NCBI GenBank assembly: GCA_964016885.1
Contig: OZ024745.1
Span: 12,400,001-12,464,000, forward strand
Source of the DNA: Eledone cirrhosa
Taxonomy: Eukaryota
Reading direction: 5' to 3'
Length of the DNA: 64,000 nt
The first letter of the stretch is position 1; every line of letters starts with the position of its first letter. This document shows, one piece after another, positions 25,901 to 40,422 of this stretch. The notes under the pieces were generated by a model that saw nothing but the letters and a program-made list of their open reading frames with translations, searched no databases and was not told the DNA's origin. Both the position numbers and the translations under genes were made by a program.

Positions 25901-28900
25901 TTTATAGTGCCAATTCTGTTTATTCTACCAATACTGCCTAGTCTACCTATACTGACAATTCTGTTTATTCTACCAATACTGCCTAGTCTGTTTATATTGA
26001 CAATTCTGTTTATTCTACCAATACTGCCTAGTCTGTTTGTACTGACAATTCTGTTTATTCTACCAATACTGCCTAGCCTGCCTATACTGCCAATTCTGTT
26101 TATTCTACCAATACTGCCTAGACTGCCTATACTGACAATTCTGTTTATTCTACCAATACTGCCTATACTGACAATTCTATTTATTCTACCAATACTGCCT
26201 AGCCTGCCCATACTGACAATTCTGTTTATTCTACCTATACTGCCTAGCCTGCCTATACTGACAATTCTGTTTATTCTACCAATAGTGCCTAGCCTGCCCA
26301 TACTGACAATTCTGTTTATTCTACCAATACTGCCTAGCCTGCCTATACTGACAATTCTGTTTATTCTACCAATACTGCCTAGCCTGCCTATACTGACAAT
26401 TCTGTTTATTCTACCTATACTGCCTAGCCTGCCTATACTGACAATTCTGTTTATTCTACCTATACTGCCAGCCTGCCTATACTGACAATTCTGTTTATTC
26501 TACCAATACTGCCTAGCCTGCCTATACTGACAATTCTGTTTATTCTACCAATAGGCCTAGCCTGCCTATACTGACAATTCTGTTTATTCTACCAATACTG
26601 CCTAGCCTGCCTATACTGACAATTCTGTTTAGTCTACCAATACTGCCTAGCCTGCCTATACTGACAATTCTGTTTATTCTACCAATACTGCCTAGCCTGC
26701 CTATACTGACAATTATGTTTATTCTACCAATACTGCCTAGCCTGCCTACACTGACAATTCTCTTTATTCTACCAATACTGCCTAGTCTGCCTATACTGAC
26801 AATTCTGTTTATTCTACCAATACTGCCTATACTGACTATTCTGCTTATTCTACCAATACTGCCTAGCCTGCCTATACTGACAATTCTGTTTATTCTACCA
26901 ATACTGCCTAGCCTGCCTATACTGACAATTCTGTTTATTCTACCAATACTGCCTAGCCTGTCTATACTGACAATTCTGTTTATTCTACGAATACTGCCTA
27001 GCCTGCCTATACTGACAATTCTGTTTATTCTACCAATACTGCCTAGCCTGCCTATACTGACAATTCTGTTTATTCTAACAATACTACCTAGGCTGCCAAT
27101 ACTGCAAATTCTGTTTATTCTACCAATACTGCCTAGTCTGCCTATACTGCCAATTCTGTTTTTTCTACCTATACTGCCTAGCCTGCCTATACAGGTAATT
27201 CTGTTTATTCTACCAATACTGCCTAGCCTGCCTATACTGCCAATTCTGTTTATTCTACCAATACTGCCTAGCCTGTCTATACTGCCAATTCTGTTTATTC
27301 TACCAATACTGTCTAGCCTGCCTATACTGCCAATTCTGTTTATTCTACCAATACTGTCTAGCCTGCCTATACTGACAATTCTGTTTATTCTACCAATACT
27401 GCCTAGCCTGCCTATACTGCCAATTCTATTTATTCTACCAATACTGCCTAGCCTGCCTATACTGATAATTCTGTTTATTCTACCAATACTGCCTAGTCTG
27501 CCTATACTGATAATTCTGCTTATTCTACCTATACTATCTAGCCTGCCTATACTGACAATTCTGTTTATTCTACCAATACTGCCTAGCCTGCCTATACTGA
27601 CAATTCTGTTTATTCTACCAATACTGCCTAGCCTGCCTATACTGACAATTCTGTTTATTCTACTAATACTGCCTAGTCTGTTTATACTGACAATTCTGTT
27701 TATTCTACCAATATTGCCTAGTCTGTTTATACTTACAATTCTGTTTATTCTACCAATACTGCCTAGCCTGCCTATACTGAAAATTCTGTTTATTCAACCA
27801 ATACTGCCTAGTCTACCTATACTGACAATTCTGTTTATTCTACCAATACTGCCTAGTTTGCCTATACTGACAATTCTGTTTATTCTACCAATACTGCCTA
27901 GCCTGCCTATACTGACAATTCTGTTTATTCTACCAATACTGCCTAGCCTGCCTATACTGACAATTCTGTTTATTCTACCTATACTGCCTAGTCTGCGTAT
28001 ACTGACAATTCTGTTTATTCTACCAATACTGCGCAGTCTGCCTATATTGCCAATTCTGTTTATTCTACCAATACTGCCTAGCCTGCTTATAGTGACAATT
28101 CTGTTTATTCTACCAATACTGCCTAGTCTGCCTATACTGCCAATTCTGTTTATTCTACCAATACTGCCTAGCCTTCCTATACTGATAATTATGTTTATTC
28201 TACCTATACTGCCTAGTCTGCCTATACTGACAATTCTGTTTATTCTACAAATACTGCCTAGTCTGCATAGACTGCCTATACTAAGAATTCTGTTTATTCT
28301 ACCAATACTGCCTAGTCTGTTTATACTGACAATTCTGTTTATTCTACCAATACTGCCTAGTCTGTTTATACTGCCAATTCTGTTTATTCTACCAATACCG
28401 CCTAGCCTGCCTATACTGACAATTCTGTTTATTCTACCAATACTGCCTAGTCTGTTTATACTGACAATTCTGTTTATTCTACCAATACTGCCTAGCCTGC
28501 CTATACTGATAATTCTGTTTATTCTACCAATACTGCCTAGTCTACCTATACTGACTATTCTGTTTATTCTACCAATACTGCCTAGTCTGTTTATACTGAC
28601 AATTCTGTTTATTCTACTAATACAGCCTAGTCTGTTTATACTGACAATTCTGTTTATTCTACCAATACTGCCTAGCCTGCCTATACTGCCAATTCTGTTT
28701 ATTCTACCAATACTGCCTAGTCTACCTATATGACAATTCTGTTTATTCTTCCTATACTGCCTAGCCTGCCTATACTGACAATTCTGTTTATACTACCTAT
28801 ATTGCCTAGCCTGCCTATACTGACAATTCTGTTTATTCTACCAATACTGCCTAGCCTGCCTATACTGACAATTCTGTGTATTCTACCAATACTGCCTAGT

Positions 28901-30188
28901 CTGCCTATACTGCCAATTCTGTTTATTCTACCAATACTGACTAGTCTACCTATACTGACAATTCTGTTTATTCTACCAATACTGCCTAGCCTGCCTATAC
29001 TGACAATTCTGTTTATTCTACCAATACTGCCTAGTCCGTTTATACTGACAATTATGTTTATTCTACCAATACTGCCTAGTATGTTTATACTGGCAATTCT
29101 GTTTATTCTACCAATACTGCCTAGCCTGCCTATACTGACAATTCTGTTTATTCTACCAATACTGCCTAGTCTGCCTATACTGACAATTCTGTTTATTCTA
29201 CCAATACTGCCTAGCCTGCCTATACTGACAATTCTGTTTATTCTACCAATACTGCCTAGTCTGCCTATACTGACAATTCTGTTTATTCTACCAATACTGC
29301 CTAGCCTGCCTATACTGACTATTCTGTTTATTCTACCTATACAGCTTAGTCTACCTATACTGCCAATTCTGTTTATTCTACCTAATACTGCCTTGTCTAC
29401 CTATACTGATAATTCTGTTTATTCTACCAATACTGCCTAGCCTGCCTATACTGACAATTCTGTTTATTCTACCTATACAGCTTAGTCTACCTATACTGCC
29501 AATTCTGTTTATTCTACCAATAATGCCTTGTCTACCTATACTGATCATTCTGTTTATTCTACCAATACTGCCTAGCCTGCCTATACTGACAATTCTGTTT
29601 ATTCTACCAATACTGCCTAGTCTACCTATACTGACAATTCTGTTTATTCTACCTATACTGCCTAGTCTGCCTACACTGACAATTCTGTTTATTCTACCAA
29701 TACTGCCTAGCCTGCCTATACTGACAATTCTGTTTATTCTACCAATACTGCCTAGTCTACCTATACTGACAATTCTGTTTATTCTACCAATACTGCCTAG
29801 CCTGCCTATACTGACAATTCTGTTTATTCTACCTATACTGCCTAGCCTGCCTATACTGATAATTCTGTTTATTCTACCAATACTGGCTAGCCTGCCTATA
29901 CTGCCAATTCTGTTTATTCTACCAATACTGCCTAGCCTGCCTATACTGACAATTCTGTTTATTCTACCAATACTGTCTAGTCTGCCTATCCTGACAATTC
30001 TGTTTATTCTACCAATACTGCCTAGCCTGCCTATACTGACAATTCTGTTTATTCTACCAATACTGCCTAGCCTGCCTATACTGACAATTCTGTTTATTCT
30101 ACCAATACTGCCTAGTCTGCCTATACTGACAATTCTGTTTATTCTACCAATACTGCCTAGTCTGTTTATACTGACAATACTACCTATT
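10910..30188. repeat. ~19.3-kb satellite array, 45-bp monomer (~430 copies) with higher-order repeats
   Basis: Consensus CTGCCTAGCCTGCCTATACTGACAATTCTGTTTATTCTACCAATA. Variant patterns recur at 629, 4432 and 2635 bp spacing. Confidence 0.98.
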
Positions 30189-30450
30189 CTTCTTATCTAT
30201 CTGTTAACTAAATCCCAGTAGTATAAAGTGGTTTTGTATCAATAAATTATGTTCCTCTTCTACAAATGGCGGTGTGTGGGAGGAACGAAAGTGGTTTCTC
30301 ATATTTCACTGTAGTAATATTGTAAGAGATGAATGATCACCAGTTCTCTCTAACAAACCTCCATACAGATACACGATGATCGAATCGTAGAAAACTGATC
30401 AAGTAATCGATATTCGTTATTTCACAGATGTCACTAACATATTTCAAACA

Positions 30451-30566
<116 letters not shown>

Positions 30567-30973
30567 GTCTCCTCTGATCTCGCAATCTTCCCTGACAAAG
30601 GTCACCACCTTTAAACTCTCTATTTCACTATGCTTGTTGACACCATTAACATCGTTATCAGATTCTACCAACATATTAAGTGATGTCACACCAGTAGACA
30701 TCCTAACAAGCTAACATAACATACTTGAATCAGAGTTTGAAACGCGGCAGTTGTTGAGGTTCAAGGAAGATCAATGAAGGCTCAAGCAGAACATTTCTCT
30801 CATTAGAATTTAGACAACTTCATACAGTTGAGTGTTGGAAAAGATTTTTTTAAATTGATATTCATTTGTCGACAGAGAATAATTGATTGTACACACTACA
30901 GGCTCAAACATTGGTGATTGTGAAGTTCGATTTGCAGTCACTTCTGAATCCGATCCCACTGCGCAGGACTTAC

Positions 30974-31370
30974 TACGAGGGTCCAGTGAAAAGTTCATAA
31001 GTTGACTATGAAGAAGTGATGCTAGAGCTGTGAAATCTTGCATGCATTGATTTCAACTCTTCTTATCAATAACTGCATTGTTTCTTTCCAAGGTCTGTGT
31101 TGCAAAAAATAAACCTCATTTGGTCATTCCATGAGAGTATCTTGGTCAACCTATGAAATGTTCAGTCGATCCTCGTATTATAAGCTCGAGTTAACCGTCA
31201 TTACAACTTGGGTAGAATTAAGTAGATGAGACCCATGTAGAAATCTGCTCGAGCTATATGCAGTTATTTTCAAACATATTGGGAAACACGTTGCTTGTGT
31301 TTCTGGACCCGTAACTCCTGATAGAGTGACATGGGTGCCGTTGGGGGCCTTTTCTAAACTTTGCTAAGCC
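30974..31370 (+). mobile_element. Mariner-like remnant
   Basis: Begins TA|CGAGGGTCCAGTGAAAAGTTC, resembling a mariner TIR; no partner TIR seen. Confidence 0.4.
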
Positions 31371-31487
31371 CATCTCTTCTCCAAGTCTGAACACAGCTGA
31401 GAAAGATTGAGAGTGAGAGAATGAAAGTGAGAAAGAAATATATAGAGAATGATAGAGAGGGGTGAGAAAGAAAAGTGATATAGAAGA

Positions 31488-31620
31488 ATTGACTCCAGTA
31501 CTGGGCTGATACTTTTTTATCGACCTCAAATGGAAGAAAGGCAAAGTTGATTTCGGCGGGTTTTGAACTGACTGAGCTGAGGGCTGGAACGATTGCCACA
31601 AAGTATTCTATCCAACGTCA
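31488..31620 (-). mobile_element. SINE family A copy
   Basis: Similar to 3975-4134. Confidence 0.7.
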
Positions 31621-31779
31621 CAAATTATACAAATGAGGTTTCTAAACATTCAATACTTAACTCCAAGAGGAAGAAAAACAATAAGTACTATTCATAAAAC
31701 AGAAGGATTGTTGATAAACAACAGAGAAACTATAACATAGACGAGGGCACTCTCTCTCACACACACACGCGCGCGCGCA

Positions 31780-31817
<38 letters not shown>

Positions 31818-32351
31818 CTTAAGAAAATTAATAGACAGTGGACAAGACAACGAACCGAAAAAAGGCAAAACGAAAAGCAATATTTTAAGGGGAAACCTTA
31901 AAAAAGAATAGAATCAAGAATGTCACCAATTGATAGCCGCAACTTGACAGAAACCAGATATTAAAGACGTTTTGTTTTTTGTTTTTTGTCTACTGTTTTC
32001 AGTTATTGCTGCACTGGAAGCATGTTATAAAGGTACAAAATATACATAAAAGATATTGTTATAAAGATATTGTTATAAAGCTACCAACTAAACCAGTTTA
32101 TATTATCTTTTGTACTTCAGTATCCTGTCATAAGCAAGCAGTTGCTGAAAAGAGGCGTAAATAGTGAAATACGTATGAAGCGCTCTTACAGTCATAGTAT
32201 GGTAGTTGTGATATGATACATAGTATGTGATATGATCACAGCTTAAAATACTCATAGCGAGACTATATATATGATTATTATACATAAACATATTGTATAT
32301 GGGTCTATATACGCCTTTATTCTGAACCACACCATGTTAGTGCTATCACTA

Positions 32352-32427
<76 letters not shown>

Positions 32428-32937
32428 AGTGCTTAAACATAAATCGATTTATATCTATGTACTCATAAACTTCTAAATCTATAAATTAATGTTTAAACTT
32501 TCCTGTCGGTCAAAATACGTGCGCGCGCGTGTGTGTGTGTGTGAGTATGTACATACATGCATACATGCAACATACATACATACACACACACATACATACA
32601 TACATACACACATACATAGAAGACAGTGTGAATAATGAGTCCCATAAAGCCTCTTCTAAATGATGTTCCTACTATTTGAAGTTATTACAGCATATAAAAT
32701 ATGCTAATTGCTGCCAAAACATTGAAAATATGCCATCAAATTTTTAAAAAGCGATTTTCAACTTTTTTAATTTAATTAAATACCGAGAAACAATGAAACG
32801 TATTTATTGTAATAAATTATTTTATATGAGATGCACATATTTTAATTTTCATGCAGCAAAAAAGAAAACACACACAATCCTATTTAGTGAGAAAAAAAGG
32901 CGACGAATTGGTGAGTACAGACGTTGTAAGTTTGGGG

Positions 32938-35651
32938 GGTGGAAGATGGCGACGTTGGAACGTCGGGTGGAAGATTGAGACGTTAGAAGGTCGGGTGAAA
33001 GATAGAGACGTTAGAACGTCGGGTGAAAGATAGAGACGTTAGAACGTCAGGTAGAAGATAGAGATGTTAGAACGTCGGGTGGAAGATAGAGACGTTAGAA
33101 CGTCGGGTGGAAGATAGAGATGTTAGAACGTCAGGTGGAAGATAGACGTTAGAACGTCGGGTGGAAGATAGAGACGTTAGAATTCGGGTAGAACATAGAC
33201 GTTAGAATGTCGGGTGGAATATAGATAGTTAGAACGTCGGGTGGAAGATAGATATGTTAGAATGTCGCGTAGAAGATAGAGACGTTAGATCGTCGGGTGG
33301 AAGATAGAGACGTTAGAATGTCGCGTAGAAGATAGAGACGTTAGATCGTCGGGTGGAAGATAGACGTTAGAACTTCTTGTGGAAGATTGACGTTAGAACG
33401 TCGGGTGGAAGATAGAGACGTCTGAACGTCGGGTAGACGATAGAGACGTTAGATTGTCGGGTAGAAGATAGAGACGTTACAACGTCGGGTAGAATATAGA
33501 CGTTAGAACGTCGGGTGGAAGATAGAGACGTTAGAACGTCGGGTAGAAGATAGAGACGTTAGATCGTCGGGTGGAAGATAGAGACGTTAGAATGTCGGGT
33601 AGAAGATAGAGACGTTAGATCGTCGGATGGAAGATGGAGACGTTAGAACGTCGGGTGGAAGATAGAGACGTTAAAATGTCGGGTAGAATATAGACGTTAG
33701 AACGTCGGGTGGAAGATAGAGACGTTAGAACGTCGGGTAGAAGATTGAGACGTTAGAATGTCGCGTAGAAGATAGAGACGTTAGATCGTCGGGTGGAAGA
33801 TAGAGACGTTAGAATGTCGGGTAGAAGATAGAGACGTTAGATCGTCGGATGGAAGATAGAGACGTTGGAACGTCGGGTGGAAGATTGAGACGTTAGAAGG
33901 TCGGGTGAAAGATAGAGACGTTAGAACGTCGGGTGAAAGATAGAGACGTTAGAACGTCAGGTAGAAGATAGAGATGTTAGAACGTCGGGTGGAAGATAGA
34001 GACGTTAGAACGTCGGGTGGAAGATAGAGATGTTAGAACGTCAGGTGGAAGATAGACGTTAGAACATCGGGTGGAAGATAGAGACGTTAGAATTCGGGTA
34101 GAACATAGACGTTAGAATGTCGGGTGGAATATAGATAGTTAGAACGTCGGGTGGAAGATAGATATGTTAGAATGTCGCGTAGAAGATAGAGACGTTAGAT
34201 CGTCGGGTGGAAGATAGAGACGTTAGAATGTCGCGTAGAAGATAGAGACGTTAGATCGTCGGGTGGAAGATAGACGTTAGAACTTCTTGTGGAAGATTGA
34301 CGTTAGAACGTCGGGTGGAAGATAGAGACGTCTGAACGTCGGGTAGACGATAGAGACGTTAGATTGTCGGGTAGAAGATAGAGACGTTACAACGTCGGGT
34401 AGAATATAGACGTTAGAACGTCGGGTGGAAGATAGAGACGTTAGAACGTCGGGTAGAAGATAGAGACGTTAGATCGTCGGGTGGAAGATAGAGACGTTAG
34501 AATGTCGGGTAGAAGATAGAGACGTTAGATCGTCGGATGGAAGATGGAGACGTTAGAACGTCGGGTGGAAGATAGAGACGTTAAAATGTCGGGTAGAATA
34601 TAGACGTTAGAACGTCGGGTGGAAGATAGAGACGTTAGAACGTCGGGTAGAAGATTGAGACGTTAGAATGTCGCGTAGAAGATAGAGACGTTAGATCGTC
34701 GGGTGGAAGATAGAGACGTTAGAATGTCGGGTAGAAGATAGAGACGTTAGATCGTCGGATGGAAGATGGAGACGTTGGAACGTCGGGTGGAAGATTGAGA
34801 CGTTAGAAGGTCGGGTGAAAGATAGAGACGTTAGAACGTCGGGTGAAAGATAGAGACGTTAGAACGTCAGGTAGAAGATAGAGATGTTAGAACGTCGGGT
34901 GGAAGATAGAGACGTTAGAACGTCGGGTGGAAGATAGAGATGTTAGAACGTCAGGTGGAAGATAGACGTTAGAACGTCGGGTGGAAGATAGAGACGTTAG
35001 AATTCGGGTAGAACATAGACGTTAGAATGTCGGGTGGAATATAGATAGTTAGAACGTCGGGTGGAAGATAGATATGTTAGAATGTCGCGTAGAAGATAGA
35101 GACGTTAGATCGTCGGGTGGAAGATAGAGACGTTAGAATGTCGCGTAGAAGATAGAGACGTTAGATCGTCGGGTGGAAGATAGACGTTAGAACTTCTTGT
35201 GGAAGATTCACGTTAGAACGTCGGGTGGAAGATAGAGACGTCTGAACGTCGGGTAGACGATAGAGACGTTAGATTGTCGGGTAGAAGATAGAGACGTTAC
35301 AACGTCGGGTAGAATATAGACGTTAGAACGTCGGGTGGAAGATAGAGACGTTAGAACGTCGGGTAGAAGATTGAGACGTTAGAATGTCGCGTAGAAGATA
35401 GAGACGTTAGATCGTCGGGTGGAAGATAGAGACGTTAGAATGTCGGGTAGAAGATAGAGACGTTAGATCGTCGGATGGAAGATGGAGACGTTAGAACGTC
35501 GGGTGGAAGATAGAGACGTTAAAATGTCGGGTAGAAGATAAACGTTAGAATGTCGGGTAGAAGATAGAGACGTTAGATCGTCGGGTGGAAGATAGAGACG
35601 TTAGAACGTCGGGTGGAAGATAAACGTTAGAACGTCGGGTGGAAGATAGAG
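32938..35651. repeat. 28-bp CpG-rich minisatellite with 910-bp higher-order repeat
   Basis: Monomer GTTAGAACGTCGGGTGGAAGATAGAGAC. The variant aacttcttgtgg occurs at 33371, 34281 and 35191. Confidence 0.97.
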
Positions 35652-35771
35652 TCAACGAAATCAAAATTCGTCTAAATGACTAGTAATAGTTGAATACTAT
35701 GAATAAGAGTTGAGAAAATCGGGTAAAGTATCCCTGAGACGCAGGAAAGAAAGAGAGTTTGTCTGGTGGAC

Positions 35772-36024
35772 AAAAGCTCATCAGGCTTTCCCCGGTTTTC
35801 GTGGCGTGAAGTGACTGAGAGTACAAGACTTCCTCCTGGACAGGACACCAGTTCATCGCAGGGTCAAACTCAGTGCTATTGTTGGTACTCATTTTCAGCT
35901 TAGTGGACTGGAGCAATGTGAAATGAAGTGTTTTGCTTAAGAACACAACACGCAACCCAGTAATCGAACCGACGACATTATGATCATAGGTCCAACACCC
36001 TTACCAATAGGCCACACACCTCCA
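35772..36024 (-). mobile_element. tRNA-derived SINE (family B, V/CORE-like body)
   Basis: Minus strand: A-box TGGCCTATTGG, B-box GGTTCGATTAC, then gtgttcttaagcaaaacact and cctgcgatgaactggtgtcctgtccagg. A partial copy lies at 47448-47610. Confidence 0.75.
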
Positions 36025-36120
36025 CAGATGCACAAGAGAACAACAAACGTTAATAAGTCATGTTTTCTTTTGTTTTTTTTTCCAAAAGTGATTCCACGAG
36101 AAAACTACAGTATAGGTTAT

Positions 36121-36659
36121 TGTAATGACAGCAGTTCTCACTCAATATTGTAATGACAGCAGTTCTCACTCAATGCTGTAATGACAACAGTTCTCACTCA
36201 ATGTTGTAATGACAGCAGTTCTCACTTAATGCTGTAATGACAGCAGTTCTCACTCAATATTGTAATGACAGCAGTTCTCACTCAATGCTGTAATGACAAC
36301 AGTTCTCACTCAATATTGTAATGACAGCAGTTCTCACTTAATACTGTAATGACAACAGTTCTCACTCAATGTTGTAATGACAGCAGTTCTCACTTAATGC
36401 TGTAATGACAGCAGTTCTCACTCAATATTGTAATGACAGCAGTTCTCACTCAATATTGTAATGACAGCAGTTCTCACTCAATGCTGTAATGACAACAGTG
36501 CTCACTCAATGTTGTAATGACAGCAGTTCTCACTCAATGCTGTAATGACAGCAGTTCTCACTCAATGCTGTAATGACAGCAGTTCTCACTCAATATTGTA
36601 ATGACAGCAGTTCTCACTCAATGTTGTAATGACAGTAGTTCTCACTCAATGTTGTAATG
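36121..36659. repeat. 28-bp minisatellite (~19 copies)
   Basis: Monomer TGTAATGACAGCAGTTCTCACTCAATAT. Confidence 0.97.
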
Positions 36660-37599
36660 TGGCACCTCTACGAGTCCACAGGGAGCTACAGAGCAATAAT
36701 ACATGTAAGAGTTTCACGGTATCTCTGATATTCCCACGGTCAACAAAAGTTGACATTCCTGGCCTACAAAAAGCAACAAGGTTCTTGCTTACCCTGAATC
36801 TAACTCCAGTACCCGCATGTGCGAACCACGCGTTGTGGAATGGTTTCTCTAGGGTGTCTCCCTCACCATCCCCCGGTGCAATGTTTTCTCTACCCTGTCT
36901 ACCAGACCACGAGGCCGACTTAAACATTATTTTATATTATACAATCTCCCCATTGCCATAGGTGAGGTCACCCTAGCTCCATATTTTCATGCTGTGTAAC
37001 TGAGGCTCCCCTGTCCCATAATGTGCCACCCTCGCTTCAAAGTACCATACCTTCTTACACTATCTCCCCATTACCATAGGGGTGTTGCCCTAGCTTCATA
37101 TTTCCATTCTGTGTCACTGAGGCTCCCAACACTATGTCACAACAGTGTGGCACCCTAGCTCCACAGTGTCATAGTGCGACACCCTAGCTCCACAGTGCCA
37201 TAGTGCGGCATCCTAGCTTCAAAGTGCCATATTTTACCACCCTATGTTCCCAGTGCCATACTGTCCCTAAACAGGTTGTTAAGGTGATGACGATGCTGTT
37301 GATGGTGATGATGATGTTGATGGTGATGATGATGATTATGATGATGAGATTGACGAAGATGATGACAATTATTTACTCACCAGTTCATTCTCTTTTGGAG
37401 ACACATACACTGACAGAGACATAGGTTTTTACACCAGCCCCTTCCTTCTTTTTACACTCATACATTCACACATACACACACTTACACTCATACATTCGCA
37501 CACACACGTGCACACACTTACACACATATTTACACACACACACACACATTTAGACACATTTACACACACAGACACACTTACACACACACGGACTAACCC

Positions 37600-39268
37600 A
37601 GAGACAGACACAGGGACTGACACAGGGACAGACACAGGGACAGACACAGGGACAGACACAGGGACAGACACAGAGACTGACACAGGGACAGACACAGGGA
37701 CAGACACAGGGACAGACACAGGGACTGACACAGGGACAGACACAGGGACTGACACAGGGACAGACACAGGGACTGACACAGGGACTGACACAGGGACAGA
37801 CACAGGGACTGACACAGGGACAGACACAGCGACAGACACAGGGACTGACACAGAGTCTGACACAGGGACAGACGCAGGGACAGACACAGGGTCTGACACA
37901 GGGACTGACACAGGGACAGACACAGGGACAGACACAGGGTCTGAAACAGGGACAGACACAGGGACTGACACAGGGACAGACACAGGGACAGACACAGGGA
38001 CTGACACAGGGACAGACACAGGGACAGCCACAGGGACAGACACAGGGACTGACACAGGGACAGACACAGGGACAGACACAGGGACAGCCACAGGGACAGA
38101 CACAGGGTCTGACACAGGGACAGACACAGGGACTGACACAGGGACTGACACAGGGACAGACACAGCGACAGACACAGGGACTGACACTGGGACAGACACA
38201 GGGACAGACACAGGGACTGACACAGGGACAGACACAGCGACAGACACAGGGACTGACACAGGGTCTGACACAGGGTTAGAAACAGGGACAGACACAGGGA
38301 CTGACACAGGGACAGACACAGGGACTGACACAGGGACTGACACAGGGTCTGACACAGGGACAGACACAGGGACTGACACAGGGACAGACACAGGGACTGA
38401 CACAGGAACTGACACAGGGAGAGACACAGGTACTGACACAGGGTCTGACACAGGGACAGACACAGGGAGAGACACAGGGACTGACACAGGGTCTGACACA
38501 GGGACAGACACAGGGACAGACACAGGGACAGACACAGGGACAGACACAGGGACAGACACAGGGACAGACACAGGGACTGACACAGGGACTGACACAGGGA
38601 GAGACACAGGGACTGACACAGGGTCTGACACAGGGACAGACACAGGGAGAGACACAGGGACAGACACAGGGTCTGACACAGGGACAGACACAGGGACAGA
38701 CAGAGGGACAGACACAGGGTCTGACACAGGGACAGACACAGGGACTGACACAGGGACAGACACAGGGACTGACACAGGGTCTGACACAGGGACAGACACA
38801 GGGAGAGACACAGGGACTGACACAGGTAGAGACGCAGGGACAGACAGAGGGACAGACACAGGGACAGACACAGGGTCTGACACAGGGAGAGTCACAGGGA
38901 CAAACACAGGGACTGACACAGGGACTGACACAGGGACTGACACAGGGAACAGACATAGGGACTGACACAGGGACAGACACAGGGACAGACACAGGGTCTG
39001 ACACAGGGACTGACACAGGGACAGACACAGGGACAGACACAGGGACAGACACAGGGTCTGACACAGGGACTGACACAGGGAAAGACACAGGGACAGACAC
39101 AGGGACAGACACAGGGACTGACACAGGGACAGACACAGGGACTGACACAGGGACAGACACAGGGACTGACACAGGGACTGACACAGGGACAGACACAGGG
39201 ACAGACACAGGGATAGACACAGGGACTGACACAGGGACAGACACAGGGACTGACACAGGGTCAGACAC
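37600..39268. repeat. 12-bp minisatellite (GACACAGGGACW)n
   Basis: About 139 copies. The right end runs into a Helitron-like 5' terminus (minus strand A|TCTATATAAATAAAAG at 39297). Confidence 0.97.
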
Positions 39269-39699
39269 CCGGTCGATTCCACTTTTATTTATATAGATTG
39301 AAAAATAAACTTGTCCCTGACCTACTTTAATGTCCCTGACATACTTTAATAGATCTTACGCAAAAAAGACTCTAAACTTATTTGAATGTCTTTGAGAGCA
39401 TTATTATGCCATTAATTTGAAGCAAAGTTTTAACATCAATTACTGCCATAGTATTTGAAGCGAGGCTACAAATGATGTCAATCGGTATAATTGGACAATT
39501 CTTTACGTCAAAAATGAAACAGTTTTCTTAGTGAAACTAAAGTTCTTGCTCGAAATATTGGAAACTCAAATGTATTTTCTAACAAGAGATAAAAGAAGAT
39601 GGAACACGTGATAGAGAAGTGTATTCTACCAGCGAAGATTTAATGTACCAGTATTGGACGCCATATTGTCATTTCAAATGTTTCAAGGTGATTCAATGC

Positions 39700-39960
39700 T
39701 GCAATGTTTGGAGTCATTTGGAAATATTCCGAAATAGGAATTGATCAGATTCACCTCAATGTTAATCAATTGTGTGAAATATATAATATCGATATATCAA
39801 TTGATATGAAAGATGAAATATTTTATTTTAAATCGATACACGAATCAAATATTTTACCAACCTCAATTCCACCAATTGAATTATTAAATAAACTTACTGA
39901 GCTGTATCTTACTATTCCCAAATGTAATTCCAGCACTTGGAATATTCTTTACTGTCTAGA
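39700..39960 (+). mobile_element. Possible hAT transposase C-terminal remnant
   Basis: Weak resemblance only (EIFYFKS..PIELLNKL, then a degenerate dimerisation-domain-like segment). Confidence 0.3.
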
Positions 39961-40318
39961 ATTTACAGTTAAACAGACTGAAAGATATTGTAGTGCTTTA
40001 GCAGAATGGCCCGGCGTTGCTCGGGATTTGCTCTAGGGTTCTTATATATTTGATATATATTTATCCTTCTCGAGTCTCGTGAAGTAAATACGTTTGTTTA
40101 TATTTTGTTATTGTCTATGCAAAAATATTTGTACACGAATATATAAATAACAGTACAGAGAAGTACGGAATACCTCGGCCTCGGGTTGGTGTCTACATTT
40201 TGTGCTTATAAAAAAAATTCGTCGTAGATTACCAGGGTTTTTTCCCGTTCGAAGAAAATCAATACTTTATCGCGAAATAAATACTTTTGTTTATGTGTAT
40301 GCAAAAATATCTGTAAAC

Positions 40319-40373
<55 letters not shown>

Positions 40374-40386
40374 TAAATATATGTTA

Positions 40387-40417
<31 letters not shown>

Positions 40418-40422
<5 letters not shown>

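Noticed and set aside
10763-30221. Long Ile/Leu/Pro-rich and SIGR-repeat ORFs
   Set aside because: Stop-free frames of a 45-bp (multiple of 3) satellite; broken at indels, with no unique coding sequence.
32146-32180. CTGAAAA...GAAATACGTATG hammerhead-like string
   Set aside because: C3-A8 mismatch, no stem II, and G at the cleavage position.
37429-39282. TGTD / PVSV repeat ORFs
   Set aside because: Translations of a 12-bp minisatellite.
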